Source of the DNA: Fimbriimonadales bacterium
GTDB taxonomy: Bacteria; Armatimonadota; Fimbriimonadia; Fimbriimonadales; JABRVX01
Direction of reading: 5' to 3'
DNA length: 64,000 nucleotides
NCBI GenBank assembly: GCA_045862955.1
Contig: BTVI01000006.1
Span: 37,703 to 101,702 of the forward strand
In this document: positions 1-10,213 of the stretch, one piece after another
Layout of the letters: each line of letters starts with the position of its first letter
How positions within the stretch are numbered: position 1 is the first letter of the stretch
Translations under genes and position numbers: made by a program
Notes under the pieces: model-generated
Databases searched by the model: none
What the model was told of the DNA's origin: nothing
The model's input: only the letters and a program-made list of their open reading frames with translations

Positions 1-1929
1 CGCAACACCCGACGCACGCTGCGGGGATATTACGCGAAGGGTCTGCTCGATCGCGAGCCGCCGAAGCGCGTCGTTCGGGACGTAGTATGGGACTTCGGGG
101 ACGACCGTGAACGTACCGTGTACGAGAACATAACGAGCTACATCGACCGGCGTTTCGCTGAGACGCGTGCGGAGGAGCAGACGGGCAAGGGCTTCGTGAT
201 GGCGGTGTATCGGCGTCGTGCTGCCAGCAGTCTGGCGGCTCTGAAGCAGAGCTTGCTGCGGCGGAGGGAGCTGATAGGGCGATATCTGCGGCAGGAGACG
301 GGCGGTGCAGACCTCGAGCAAGACCTGCCAGAGGGAGAGGATCGATCCGATCTGCCTGATGAGGTTGCGGACCGGTTGTCTCCCTCGGTTCCAACGAGTG
401 TGAGTGCTGCGAAGTCGGAAGGTAGTGAGATCGAGGGCCTGCTTCGTTCGATTGACGATCTGTCGGGCACGGACAGCAAGCTGTATCGGTTTGTGGCCGT
501 CTTGGATGAGGTCACTGCAGACGGGCGAGCTTGTTTGGTGTTCACGGAATACCTGGACACGATGCTATACCTTCGGGAGCAGCTATTGCCGAGGTACGGG
601 ACGTCGCACGACATTGCCACGTATAGCGGCAAGGGCGGTTCGTGGTGGGATGGAAAGCAGTGGCAGGAGGTATCACGTTCGGAGGTTGCGCGCAAGCTGA
701 GCGACGGTGAGTTGCGCGTAGTGATCTGCACGGACGCGGCTAGCGAGGGTCTGAACCTGCAAGCTGCATCGGCACTCATCAACTACGACCTGCCGTACAA
801 CCCATCTAAGGTGGAGCAGCGGATAGGCCGCATCGACCGCATCGGCCAACGGCAATCCGAGGTCATAGTCACTAACCTGTTCTTAAAAGAGAGCGTGGAT
901 GAGAGGGTTTACACGCTCCTTCAGCAGCGATGCGGGATGTTCCGCGAGTTCATTGGACCGATGCAACCTGTTCTTGGTGAGGCGCGAAGTCTGCTATTGG
1001 GTCAGTCGGACGATGTTGGGAAACTCGAGGCGGCGATCCGTGACGTACAGGATGACGAACTCATGCTGGCATCCTATCGGGAGGCGGAGGCCGCCGATCT
1101 GCCTAGCCGACAGCCAGCACTGGAGGCGGAAGATCTGCGTGCCGCGCTCACGCTGCTCGGGGACGTGCCTGGATACCGCGTCATCATGCGCGACGGCGGG
1201 TCGAGCTGCGTATTGAGAGGGCCGGGTCGCAAGAAGTGGTCTCTCGGGCTTCGTCTGGAAGCGCTCGAACGCGATTTGTCACTTGTCCCGCTGAACCCGT
1301 CCGATCCCACGATGCGTCGCATCGCGGATTCGCTGGGCCAGGACCTGGGTGAGAGTCCGTTAGTTATTGGGTCGGTCGAACAGGGGGGGTTCCGTGCTAG
1401 CACGATGGTGTGGGTTGACGATACCGGTTCGAAAGAGATCCGTTCGGCGCGGGAGCTGCTGCATCTGGTGCGCCAGTGGGACGGCACTCAGCCAAGCCCC
1501 GCTGCTCTAACGCTTGCGAGGCGGCGTGCGCACGAGGCCTCGAACGAGCGTGTCACCCGTATGTTGAAGGAGGCTGGGGAACGCCAGCGCAAGATGAGGG
1601 ACCGGCAGGTGGCTGCGGCGCGTGCTCGACTAGCCTTCGACCTCTGCCGTACGCTTGGTGCACTAACCGGTAGTTTTTCGCTTACGGCCATCCACAACAA
1701 GATGCATGAGGAGATGCAAAAGGACGGGACTCGCGCGAGCACTCTCAAGAAAGCCCTTGAGCTGCTGGGTGGATATCCAGATCTGCCACTCCATCACCAG
1801 AAGCGGCTGGAGGAGTACGTGGCGAGACTGACGAGCGATCAGCGTGAGACGGCGGTGACGTTCATGATGGTAGAAGCCGCCCTGCGCGACCCACGCTGGG
1901 AGGCGGCAAAGGCAGCCTGCCACGAGTAA
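1..1929 (+). CDS. SNF2-family helicase, C-terminal part (5' truncated by window)
   Basis: Frame is open from base 1 (RNTRRTLRGYY...). Helicase-C motifs: LVFTEYLDT, ICTDAASEGLNLQ, INYDLPYNPSKVEQRIGRIDRIGQ. Confidence 0.9.
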   Translation, partial: RNTRRTLRGYYAKGLLDREPPKRVVRDVVWDFGDDRERTVYENITSYIDRRFAETRAEEQTGKGFVMAVYRRRAASSLAALKQSLLRRRELIGRYLRQETGGADLEQDLPEGEDRSDLPDEVADRLSPSVPTSVSAAKSEGSEIEGLLRSIDDLSGTDSKLYRFVAVLDEVTADGRACLVFTEYLDTMLYLREQLLPRYGTSHDIATYSGKGGSWWDGKQWQEVSRSEVARKLSDGELRVVICTDAASEGLNLQAASALINYDLPYNPSKVEQRIGRIDRIGQRQSEVIVTNLFLKESVDERVYTLLQQRCGMFREFIGPMQPVLGEARSLLLGQSDDVGKLEAAIRDVQDDELMLASYREAEAADLPSRQPALEAEDLRAALTLLGDVPGYRVIMRDGGSSCVLRGPGRKKWSLGLRLEALERDLSLVPLNPSDPTMRRIADSLGQDLGESPLVIGSVEQGGFRASTMVWVDDTGSKEIRSARELLHLVRQWDGTQPSPAALTLARRRAHEASNERVTRMLKEAGERQRKMRDRQVAAARARLAFDLCRTLGALTGSFSLTAIHNKMHEEMQKDGTRASTLKKALELLGGYPDLPLHHQKRLEEYVARLTSDQRETAVTFMMVEAALRDPRWEAAKAACHE

Positions 1930-2295
1930 GCCGATAGCGTCGAAGCTTGCACTGCCCGCCGGGTCAGAGCTACCGGGTATGATCCCAGGTAAGCCACCGT
2001 ATCTAGCTGTCTCAGGCTTCGCACAGTCCCGCGGGGGGCTCGGGGAATTGCATCGTTGCGGGGCGTTGGTTCAGGGCGCGCAACACCCTCGAAGGGCGAA
2101 GCCAGGTTCAAGCGACCTTGCTCGTGGGGCTGTCCCCGGTCTCCCCCTCCCCACGGGGCGTGGGATCCTCCTGCACGGTGGGGCCGGTTGCAGGAGACTG
2201 GATGATCGGTTACGTGCAGGCGGGCTCTTGCGCGACCCTTTGGCTTCCTCGAGGGCTTCGCAAGTCGAAGTGGGCGGCAAGCCACGGTGGGGGGC

Positions 2296-2324
2296 TTGAC
2301 GATTCGGCGAAACCGGGGTATAAT
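2296..2324 (+). promoter_or_regulatory. sigma70-type promoter
   Basis: TTGACG (2296-2301), 17 bp spacer, TATAAT (2319-2324), upstream of the glycan locus. Confidence 0.7.
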
Positions 2325-2368
2325 TAACCTTAAGCAAGTTTCTAACTTGCTTTCTCTTGACAACCTGT

Positions 2369-2382
2369 GATTAACCGATTAA
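2369..2382. promoter_or_regulatory. putative LacI-family operator
   Basis: GATTAACCGATTAA, a near-palindrome centred on CG. A second copy lies at 15236-15249 and a LacI gene is in the same operon. Confidence 0.55.
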
Positions 2383-2432
2383 CCTATAATAACCGAAAGC
2401 GGACGTTCGCCGCATTCAGAAAGGTGAAACGG

Positions 2433-3893
2433 ATGAAGAGGATCGGCGCGCTGGCAATGGGGTTGGCGTGGTTCCTGGGTCAGTCGGCACAGGCGCAGAC
2501 CACCGTGACCGATGTGGGTCAGTTTTCGGGCACCGGGCATTATTACTCGGTGTACGCGTTCGGCAACGTCAACTCGTTTGGCCAGGTCTCGGGCTACGGC
2601 AAAGACATCACTTTCACAGACACCGCGTTCCGATGGAGCAAGTCCACCGGGATTTTCGAGGAACTCTATCCTCTGGGTGGCCCCTTCACATTTCTGTACT
2701 GCTACGGCCAGGACATCAACGACTCCGGGACCGTGGTAGGGTTCGTGGCGGCCAGTTACAGCTACGACGAGCACATCGTGTACTGGGATTCGGCAGGAGT
2801 AATCCACGATCTCTTTACCCTGAGTGGCGGGTTCGGAGCCCGCGGCTGGGGGATCAACGATCTCGGTGAGATTACGGGTGAATCCGACACGGCGTCCGGC
2901 TCACGCCACGCCGTGTACTGGGACGGAATGAGCTTGAACGATCTCGGAGTTCCTGCTGGCTACAGTAAGAGTGCCGGGGCCGACATCAACAATGCCGGCA
3001 CAATTGCGGGCCACGCCGAAGACGCGCAAGGTATTCGCGTAGCCCACAAGTTTTCCGCAGGCACCTGGCAGTCTCTGGGGCTGCTCGACGGCTATTCCAA
3101 TAGCCAGAGCGTCCGAATCAACTCAGCGGGCAACGTGTGCGGATTTGCCAAGGAAGGCAACACCACGATGGCGTTCTTCCACGACGGTACGATGCATGCG
3201 ATAGGAACGTTTGGTGGGAGCAAGTCCACCGCCTACGGGATCAACAACCTCGACTTCGTCGTCGGCACGGCTACCAATGCTGCCGGCGAGTCGAGGGCGT
3301 TCCTGTGGAAGAACGGTCACCTGGTCAACCTGAACGACATTCTCCCGATGGGATCTCCATGGACTCTATGGTCCGCTACCGGCATCAACGATTCCAATGA
3401 GATTTGCGGCTGGGGCTACCGGGCAGACATTGACGACTTCCACTCGTTCCTTCTTGTGCCAGGAGCCTTCCTTGTCGGGAAGGTCGGGCTAAATCTGTTC
3501 GCTGGCGACCCCACCGGCCTGGGTGCGATGCTCGAGCTACGAGCGCCTGGCACGACGAATGTGTTGTACAACTACCCCATTGCTCTAGACGCACAGGGGC
3601 AGTACCTCGTGCCTGAGATAGCCACTGGAACCTTCGACCTAGCGGTGAAGTTCGACCATTTCCTGCGAAAGGTCATCCCTTCTGTGACTCTGGCCACGGG
3701 TTACAACGAGGCGGACTTCACAGTGGTGAACGGAGACGCAAACTCGGACAATAGCGTGGACCTGATGGACCTCAACGCCATCCTGCTCAACTTCGGTCTG
3801 ACCAGCTCGGCCGATCTCGACGGAGTCGCTCCGGTCTCGATCTCGGACCTCAACATCGTTCTGACCAACTTCGGTTCCGCGGGGCCGAACTAA
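2433..3893 (+). CDS. secreted HAF-repeat protein with C-terminal dockerin-like domain
   Basis: Signal peptide ending AQA; repeated GINDxGxIxG and HAF/RAF-type motifs; C-terminal NGDANSDNSVDLMDLNAILLNFG...DLDG...DLNIVLTNFG. Confidence 0.8.
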   Translation: MKRIGALAMGLAWFLGQSAQAQTTVTDVGQFSGTGHYYSVYAFGNVNSFGQVSGYGKDITFTDTAFRWSKSTGIFEELYPLGGPFTFLYCYGQDINDSGTVVGFVAASYSYDEHIVYWDSAGVIHDLFTLSGGFGARGWGINDLGEITGESDTASGSRHAVYWDGMSLNDLGVPAGYSKSAGADINNAGTIAGHAEDAQGIRVAHKFSAGTWQSLGLLDGYSNSQSVRINSAGNVCGFAKEGNTTMAFFHDGTMHAIGTFGGSKSTAYGINNLDFVVGTATNAAGESRAFLWKNGHLVNLNDILPMGSPWTLWSATGINDSNEICGWGYRADIDDFHSFLLVPGAFLVGKVGLNLFAGDPTGLGAMLELRAPGTTNVLYNYPIALDAQGQYLVPEIATGTFDLAVKFDHFLRKVIPSVTLATGYNEADFTVVNGDANSDNSVDLMDLNAILLNFGLTSSADLDGVAPVSISDLNIVLTNFGSAGPN

Positions 3894-3902
3894 CACGCAT
3901 CG

Positions 3903-3936
3903 GGAGCCGATGCGCTCCTGCGGGCGCATCGGCTCC
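3903..3936 (+). terminator. intergenic stem-loop
   Basis: GGAGCCGATGCGC-N8-GCGCATCGGCTCC perfect inverted repeat with no U-tract; may be an mRNA processing or stability hairpin. Confidence 0.45.
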
Positions 3937-3951
3937 ACTTCGAGGACAGTC

Positions 3952-5019
3952 ATGCCAGTACGTCGCAGTGAAATCGATACACCTCGTCCGCCCAGGATTC
4001 GTGACGTGGCGGAGCTGTCAGGCACTTCGGTAGCTGCAGTCAGCGTGGTGCTAACAGGAAAGTCCAAGGGGACCATACGAGTCAGTGAAGAGACAGAGCG
4101 GCGCATTCGCGAAGCTGCGCGCAAGCTGAATTACACGCCGAATCCGGTGGCTCGAGGACTCGCCACGGGACGCTGTCGTGTGCTGGGGCTGGTTTTCCCG
4201 TATTCGCGCGCATTCACCGATCGGAACCCCTTCTGTACCGAGCTCATGACGGGCGTGTTCGAAGAGGCGATTCGCGAACAGTACAACGTCATGCTCCACA
4301 CTGCAGTCGGGGAGGATTGGTACAGCGCAGACACGCGTATCTTGGCTGATCCGCGTGCCGACGGATTGATACTCACAATTCCTCGTCCGAACAGTGAGGT
4401 CGTGTCGGGACTAATCGATCGTCGCTACCCGCTGGTCACCGTCGTCTACGACCCGGGTGAGCAGGACGTATGTAGCGTCAACGCCGATGAGTACACAGGT
4501 GGCCGCCTAGCAGCTGAGCATCTTGTCAAACTCGGGCACAAGCGAATTGCACATCTTGCTGGGTTGGAAATCGTAGCTACGTCCGAGCCACGCAAGCGTG
4601 GCTTCCTCAGTGTAATGGAAGAGGCGGGGCTCGAGGTCGACCCTGCTCTCGTGCCGACGACAGGGTTCTCTCACGATTTGGCCTACGAGCGAACGGCAGA
4701 GTTGCTAGCCTTGCCTCGAAGCCGACGTCCAACGGCGGTGTTTGCCGCCAACGACTTGGCTGCGAGTGGCTGCATTGACGCCGTCCGCGATGCAGGTTTG
4801 GCAGTGCCCGACGACATTGCGGTCGTCGGATACGACGACACGTGGTTTGCAGAGATTACGAGCCCCAAACTAACTAGCGTGCACATGCCCATTCATGAGA
4901 TGGGAATGGAGGCCGCCAAAATTCTCACCCTTCTGGTTGAAGGCAAAGCCATCGCTGAAAAGCGCCCTGTTCTGCCCGTTTTCCTGACCGTACGGGAGTC
5001 GTGCGGAGCGAAACGGTAG
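3952..5019 (+). CDS. LacI-family transcriptional regulator
   Basis: IRDVAELSGTSVAAVSVVL HTH; YTPNPVARGL hinge; PDDIAVVGYDD...LTSVHMP sugar-binding domain. Confidence 0.95.
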   Translation: MPVRRSEIDTPRPPRIRDVAELSGTSVAAVSVVLTGKSKGTIRVSEETERRIREAARKLNYTPNPVARGLATGRCRVLGLVFPYSRAFTDRNPFCTELMTGVFEEAIREQYNVMLHTAVGEDWYSADTRILADPRADGLILTIPRPNSEVVSGLIDRRYPLVTVVYDPGEQDVCSVNADEYTGGRLAAEHLVKLGHKRIAHLAGLEIVATSEPRKRGFLSVMEEAGLEVDPALVPTTGFSHDLAYERTAELLALPRSRRPTAVFAANDLAASGCIDAVRDAGLAVPDDIAVVGYDDTWFAEITSPKLTSVHMPIHEMGMEAAKILTLLVEGKAIAEKRPVLPVFLTVRESCGAKR

Positions 5020-5049
5020 GACGGTGATCCTACAAGTGGAGAAGACACA

Positions 5050-5862
5050 ATGAGCAAGAATAGTGGATTCACCCTAATCGAGCTACTCGTCGTCATTGCA
5101 ATAATCGCCATTCTCGCGGCGATCCTCTTCCCCGTATTTGCGCGAGCCAAAGAGCAGGCCAACAAGGCGACCTGCTCCAGCAACCTGCATCAAGTGGCAA
5201 TCGCGATCCAGATGTATAGCGACAACACTAACGGAGTGTATCCGAGAGGCGAATTCTGGGACATGAGTCGACCATACACCGAGTCCTACCTCTGGAGCAG
5301 TGCACTGTGCATCGGACCCTATGTTAAGGAACCTGGGATCTATCGCTGCCCGACGGACAGCTTCGGGACCCGCGATGACAGTGCCTACGGTTTCAGGGCA
5401 CCCCGCAAGCCTGCTGCGAGTTCCTATCTGGCAAACTGTGCGACTCCTGCTGCGAACTACACGATGTTCGGTATTCGCGAGCCAAAGGGTCTCATGCCGC
5501 TGATGGACATCCGCTTCGGTGACACGCCAATTCCCTCGACGAAGAGCTCCTCCGTGACGAGACCTTCGGAGATCGTGATGATCGCCGAGGGCAAGTACGA
5601 GTACTACGACAAGATGTGGCAGTGTGGATTGTGGCTCAACAACGAGATTGACTGGTGCTACAACGCAGCCGGTGCCGGCATCAGCGCTGACTGGCAGATC
5701 AAGGCCCTCGTCTATGCACCAGACAGTGCGCCTTGGAGCAGAGCGTGGCGGAAGCACGGATCGGGTACGAACTTCCTGATGTCGGATGGGCACGTCAAGA
5801 TGCTCCCGCCGGGACAAGTGGACAACCCCAAGTACTGGCTCTGCAACGCTCCGGAGCTATGA
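5050..5862 (+). CDS. prepilin-type N-terminal cleavage/methylation protein (DUF1559-like, H-X9-DG)
   Basis: [26 protein letters not shown]-terminal KHGSGTNFLMSDGHVK. Confidence 0.92.
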   Translation: MSKNSGFTLIELLVVIAIIAILAAILFPVFARAKEQANKATCSSNLHQVAIAIQMYSDNTNGVYPRGEFWDMSRPYTESYLWSSALCIGPYVKEPGIYRCPTDSFGTRDDSAYGFRAPRKPAASSYLANCATPAANYTMFGIREPKGLMPLMDIRFGDTPIPSTKSSSVTRPSEIVMIAEGKYEYYDKMWQCGLWLNNEIDWCYNAAGAGISADWQIKALVYAPDSAPWSRAWRKHGSGTNFLMSDGHVKMLPPGQVDNPKYWLCNAPEL

Positions 5863-5865
5863 ATC

Positions 5866-6171
5866 ATGAAGCAAAGTGCAAAGGTCGGGCTCCTGTTGGC
5901 AGTCATCATTGCTGCGGTTGTCGCCATAATCGTAACGCGCGGAGTGCTTCAGCCGAGCAGCGGCCTCAGCCCAGAGCAGCAACAGACCGTATCACGACTG
6001 GATGAGATCGTCAAGCGAAGCGGAGGCAGATGGGAGGCTCTAACTCCGGCGGACAGGGACTTTCTTGTCAACGAGATGTCCTACGGCAACGAACAATCCG
6101 CCAGGATGTTGTTGCAAGCTTCGGCCGGCCAACTGAAGGGCAACCCGACCACGAAGGACTCCGCGAGATGA
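5866..6171 (+). CDS. small single-TM partner protein of prepilin-like gene
   Basis: N-terminal hydrophobic helix; starts 3 bp after the upstream stop and overlaps the next start. Confidence 0.75.
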   Translation: MKQSAKVGLLLAVIIAAVVAIIVTRGVLQPSSGLSPEQQQTVSRLDEIVKRSGGRWEALTPADRDFLVNEMSYGNEQSARMLLQASAGQLKGNPTTKDSAR

Positions 6172-7901
6172 TGGTGGCGCTGGGCATCGCGCTGATGGCA
6201 AACTTCGCGCCAGGTTTCTTTCGCGTGGAGAAGCAAGGTGATAGCTGGTGGTTTCTGACTCCATCCGGTGAAAAGTTCTGGTCTCTAGGTGTGAACTGCG
6301 TCTGGCGCGGACCCTCCAAGGACGAGTGGGATGAATCCAACCCATCTTACGCGTGGTGGCGATATCATTCCACGGAGGACGAATGGGCGAAGGAGGCTTT
6401 GGGGCGTCTCAGAGAATGGGGATTCAACTCACTGGGCGCTTGGTGCGACTACCAAGTGCTCAACACAGCCTCCACTCCCATGCCTTACACCGAGGTCCTC
6501 TACTTCGGCTCTTCGGTCAAGGCACCATTCGCAGATCTATTCAGCCCAGAGGTGGAGAAAGTAATCGATCAGGTCGCGAAGGAGGCGATCCCAAAGCTGG
6601 CAAACGATCCACTTCTCATTGGCTGGTTTAGCGACAATGAGCTTGGGTGGTGGGATGACACGCTACTCACCTACTTCATGGCTCAGCCAAAGGACAACTA
6701 CACTAAGAAACGCCTCGTTGCACTCATTGAGAGCTACTATGGCGGCAACTGGACCAAACTGTGCGAGGATTGGACGCCGAAGACTGCCAAGGGGTTCGAC
6801 GGCTTGTTAGACGAGACACAACTGGTACTACGTCCGGGAGGCCATGGCATGAGGTTGGTCAATCGATTCACCTTCCTGCTGGCCGACAGATATTACAGGC
6901 TCTGTCGAGACGCCATTCGCCGCTATGACAAGAATCACCTCTACCTCGGCGACCGCTACATTCAGTGGTATCCACAGGAAGTTGCTCGAGCGGCATCGAA
7001 CTATGTTGATGTGGTTTCGACCAACTACGGCGCCGACTGGCTCACTGGTGATATCTCTCGGTTCTTCTTGGAGAACCTGCACAGGCTAACAGGCAAGCCG
7101 ATCCTCGTTACGGAATTCTACTTCTGCGCAATGGAGAACCGGAGCGGGAACAAGAATACGGGTACGATATTCCCTACGGTAGACACGCAGGAACAGCGAA
7201 GCCGGAGCTTTCAACGCAACCTGTCATCACTGATGCGACTACCTTACGTAATCGGTGCACACTGGTTTCAATACACCGATGAACCTACGCACGGCCGTGA
7301 AGACGGCGAAGACTACAACATGGGCCTCGTCGACATCCATAACCAGCCCTACAACGGAATGATCGAGGCCGTCAAGAGCTGCACAGCAAAGATAGCGCAA
7401 CGTGAGAAACTCCACCCGCCGAGGCCTGACACGAGCATTCCCCGTGCCCGCCGCAACGTACTCGACGGGCTTGCAGCGTGGGATCTAGCCGACTGCTATA
7501 TCGAGAGCCAATCCAATGAGCCCTTTGCCGATCTGTACGCTTGCTGGGACCGCGACAGCCTGTACCTAGCCGTGCACACAGCCTGGTATGCCGACAAACA
7601 GCTCTGGGGTGGGCTGATTCCCGAAGAAGATAGGATGCAGCTAACGCTGGCACTAGGAGCCAACAAACAATCGATCCGAGTGTGGTTCGGTCCGGACGCC
7701 CCTATCAGAATTCAGCCCAACATGCCAGCCAAGCAGTGGAACCAGGCTGTGAGAACCACGATGATCGTCAGCGTAGACGCTAGTGTGCTGGCACAGGTCA
7801 GTTTCTCAGACGAGATGCAGATCCCCTTCACAGCACAACTCTCTTCTCCCGGCCGTGGCGAACTGATGTGTTGGGAAGGAACTCTGCGAATGAGGAGGTA
7901 G
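6168..7901 (+). CDS. glycoside hydrolase, GH50 (beta-agarase)-like
   Basis: GFFRVEKQGDSWWFLTPSG, WGFNSLGAW, LIGWFSDNELGW, KPILVTEF, IGAHWFQYTDEPTHGREDGEDYNMGLVD. Confidence 0.75.
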   Translation: MMVALGIALMANFAPGFFRVEKQGDSWWFLTPSGEKFWSLGVNCVWRGPSKDEWDESNPSYAWWRYHSTEDEWAKEALGRLREWGFNSLGAWCDYQVLNTASTPMPYTEVLYFGSSVKAPFADLFSPEVEKVIDQVAKEAIPKLANDPLLIGWFSDNELGWWDDTLLTYFMAQPKDNYTKKRLVALIESYYGGNWTKLCEDWTPKTAKGFDGLLDETQLVLRPGGHGMRLVNRFTFLLADRYYRLCRDAIRRYDKNHLYLGDRYIQWYPQEVARAASNYVDVVSTNYGADWLTGDISRFFLENLHRLTGKPILVTEFYFCAMENRSGNKNTGTIFPTVDTQEQRSRSFQRNLSSLMRLPYVIGAHWFQYTDEPTHGREDGEDYNMGLVDIHNQPYNGMIEAVKSCTAKIAQREKLHPPRPDTSIPRARRNVLDGLAAWDLADCYIESQSNEPFADLYACWDRDSLYLAVHTAWYADKQLWGGLIPEEDRMQLTLALGANKQSIRVWFGPDAPIRIQPNMPAKQWNQAVRTTMIVSVDASVLAQVSFSDEMQIPFTAQLSSPGRGELMCWEGTLRMRR

Positions 7902-7913
7902 CGGGCAGACTGC

Positions 7914-9260
7914 ATGCGTCTATTTTTCCTCGTCGCATTCCTGTGCCTCGTACTGCTATCTGTCATCGCCTGGCTCATCCAACCGGCAGATAGTCGAGAG
8001 GGTGTCACACGCATCGTCTGGGTCACAGATGACAATCCGGTACGGCGCGCACAGGTGGAGTTGTTCAACTCGATGCACCCAGACGTAGAAGTCGTGCTCG
8101 ATCCGGGCAATCGAGATGTGCAGAAGGTCATCGTTCAGTCACTGGCCGGAGTGGGACCGGATCTGTTCGATGCATTCGACGGCTCGGCACTCTCTGCATA
8201 CGTACGCTCCGGCGTCGCGTGGGATGTAACGGAGGAGTTCCGTCGGTTAGGGATAGACTTGAGACGGAATGTGTGGAAGGCACTTCTCCCTAAAGTCATC
8301 TTCGAAGGACGATGCTACGGGTTTCCTACGAACGGGGCGGTCAACGCCGTTTGGTTCAACAAGAAGATCTTCGACGAGGCGAACGTGCCCTATCCCCACG
8401 GCAAGTGGACGTGGGCGGATCTAATAGCGCTCGGAAAGAAGCTAACCGTTCGGGACAGCCAGGGGCGACCCGTTCGCTTCGGCTTTATCTTCGACTGGTG
8501 GAACTGGCAATTCTTCGTACTGCAGTTCGGCGGCAGGGTTTTCACGGACGATGGTACGGAGTGCATCGTAGACCGAGAACACGCCGTTGCTGCCATTCAG
8601 TTCATGTATGACCTGACGTACAAGTACGGAGTCAGTCCCACACCGCTCGACGAGGCGGGCATGAGTTCGCAGGGCGGCTGGGGTGCGGGGACGATTGCTT
8701 GGTTCGGCGCGGGCCGTGCTGCAATGGCCCTCGGTGGTCGCTGGTGGCTATGCACTCTTCGCCAGTACCCTGGTCTTCGGCTAGGCGCCATCGAGGCCCC
8801 CTATGCGAGAGTTCGGGCCTACACGACTTCTGGTAGGGGGACAATTATAAACGCTCAGAGCAAGCACAAGGTGGAGGCACTGGCCTTTCTTCGCTTCATG
8901 GCGAGCCGAGAGTATAATGAACTCGTGAACCGTCAAGCCGACGGCGTTGCTCCCGTGGTGGCATACTGCTACACTGATGAATTCGAGTACAATCCGAACT
9001 ACCCCGGCGAGGATTTCAACGCCGTATGGCGTGACGCGATGCACTTCGCAGTATCGGAAGAGGTCAGCCCCTTCGTGGGAGGGGCTATCGTTGCTCGAAT
9101 CATATACGATCAGATTGATTTGGTGAAAGCCAGACAGAAGGACCCCGCCACTGCGATGCGGACCGCGGCACGACAAATCAACGCCGAGATCAAACGCAAC
9201 GTGCTGCGAAACCCGGAACTGGCGAAGAAGTACGTGGCGCTTCGAGGCCGACTACCATGA
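7914..9260 (+). CDS. sugar ABC transporter substrate-binding protein
   Basis: GPDLFD, VWFNKKIFDEANVPYP, WTWADL; directly precedes two permeases. Confidence 0.9.
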   Translation: MRLFFLVAFLCLVLLSVIAWLIQPADSREGVTRIVWVTDDNPVRRAQVELFNSMHPDVEVVLDPGNRDVQKVIVQSLAGVGPDLFDAFDGSALSAYVRSGVAWDVTEEFRRLGIDLRRNVWKALLPKVIFEGRCYGFPTNGAVNAVWFNKKIFDEANVPYPHGKWTWADLIALGKKLTVRDSQGRPVRFGFIFDWWNWQFFVLQFGGRVFTDDGTECIVDREHAVAAIQFMYDLTYKYGVSPTPLDEAGMSSQGGWGAGTIAWFGAGRAAMALGGRWWLCTLRQYPGLRLGAIEAPYARVRAYTTSGRGTIINAQSKHKVEALAFLRFMASREYNELVNRQADGVAPVVAYCYTDEFEYNPNYPGEDFNAVWRDAMHFAVSEEVSPFVGGAIVARIIYDQIDLVKARQKDPATAMRTAARQINAEIKRNVLRNPELAKKYVALRGRLP

Positions 9261-10213
9261 GCCGGCGCTCACTGTGGACTGCGCTCGGTTTCCTAGCACC
9301 TAATCTGCTAGGTTTCGCAGTGTTTTCGCTAGTCCCTGTCCTTATCTCCATCGTAGCGACCTTTACCAATTGGGATCTTCAACGCACAGTTCCATTTCAG
9401 TGGACTGGGATGGCCAATCTTGTTGAGCTTCTGCATGATACGAAGTTCTGGTTGTATGCTGTTAACACCGTCTACCTGATGCTTGGGATGCCGCTGGCCA
9501 TAGCTGGCTCCCTTGCGCTCGCACTGTTGCTCAGCAAGAAGATCAGAGGCATCGTGGTCTATCGGACGCTGTTCTACCTGCCTAGCTTCACTAGTGGCGT
9601 CGCAATCATGATCCTCTGGAAGTCACTTCTCACTCCGGACTATGGGCCAATCAACCAGGGTATTAGAGCCCTGCTCGCGCTATTCGGCCTGGACGCCGTG
9701 ATCTCCGCACCCGAGTGGCTGTTGTCTACGAACAACATACTCGGCCTCTGCCCGGAGCATGTGGGGATCTGCGCAAGCCAGGTCGGACTAGGGGCCCGAG
9801 ACGCGATCATTATCATGGGGATATGGGTCGCCGTCGGCGGAAATGGGATGCTCTTGTACTTGGCTGCGCTGTCCAACATCTCGCAGGAGTTGGTGGAAGC
9901 TGGCAAACTCGATGGCGCACATCGATGGACTCTGTTCCGCCACATCATCTGGCCCCAACTGGCTCCTACCACCTTTTTCATTGTCGTTATGAGCTTCATC
10001 GGCGGGCTGCAGGGCGGATTCGAGCAGGCTCGAGTCATGACGAACGGCGGACCAGCGGGAACGACAACCACACTTGCGTTCTACATCTATAACAAGGCAT
10101 TCGAGGAGTTCCAGATTGGTTATGCCTCTGCCGTATCGTGGGTGCTCTTCACCGCGATCCTAGGTGTGACTTTGATCAACTGGCGCTTCGGTGCAAAGGA
10201 ACTCGGGTACTGA
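9257..10213 (+). CDS. carbohydrate ABC transporter permease
   Basis: Multiple TM helices; EAA-like loop ELVEAGKLDGA; MTNGGPAGTT. Confidence 0.92.
   Translation: MSRRSLWTALGFLAPNLLGFAVFSLVPVLISIVATFTNWDLQRTVPFQWTGMANLVELLHDTKFWLYAVNTVYLMLGMPLAIAGSLALALLLSKKIRGIVVYRTLFYLPSFTSGVAIMILWKSLLTPDYGPINQGIRALLALFGLDAVISAPEWLLSTNNILGLCPEHVGICASQVGLGARDAIIIMGIWVAVGGNGMLLYLAALSNISQELVEAGKLDGAHRWTLFRHIIWPQLAPTTFFIVVMSFIGGLQGGFEQARVMTNGGPAGTTTTLAFYIYNKAFEEFQIGYASAVSWVLFTAILGVTLINWRFGAKELGY

Noticed and set aside
2357..2390. TTGACA...TATAAT promoter
   Set aside because: The spacer is 22 bp; the 17-bp-spaced pair at 2296-2324 is the better candidate.
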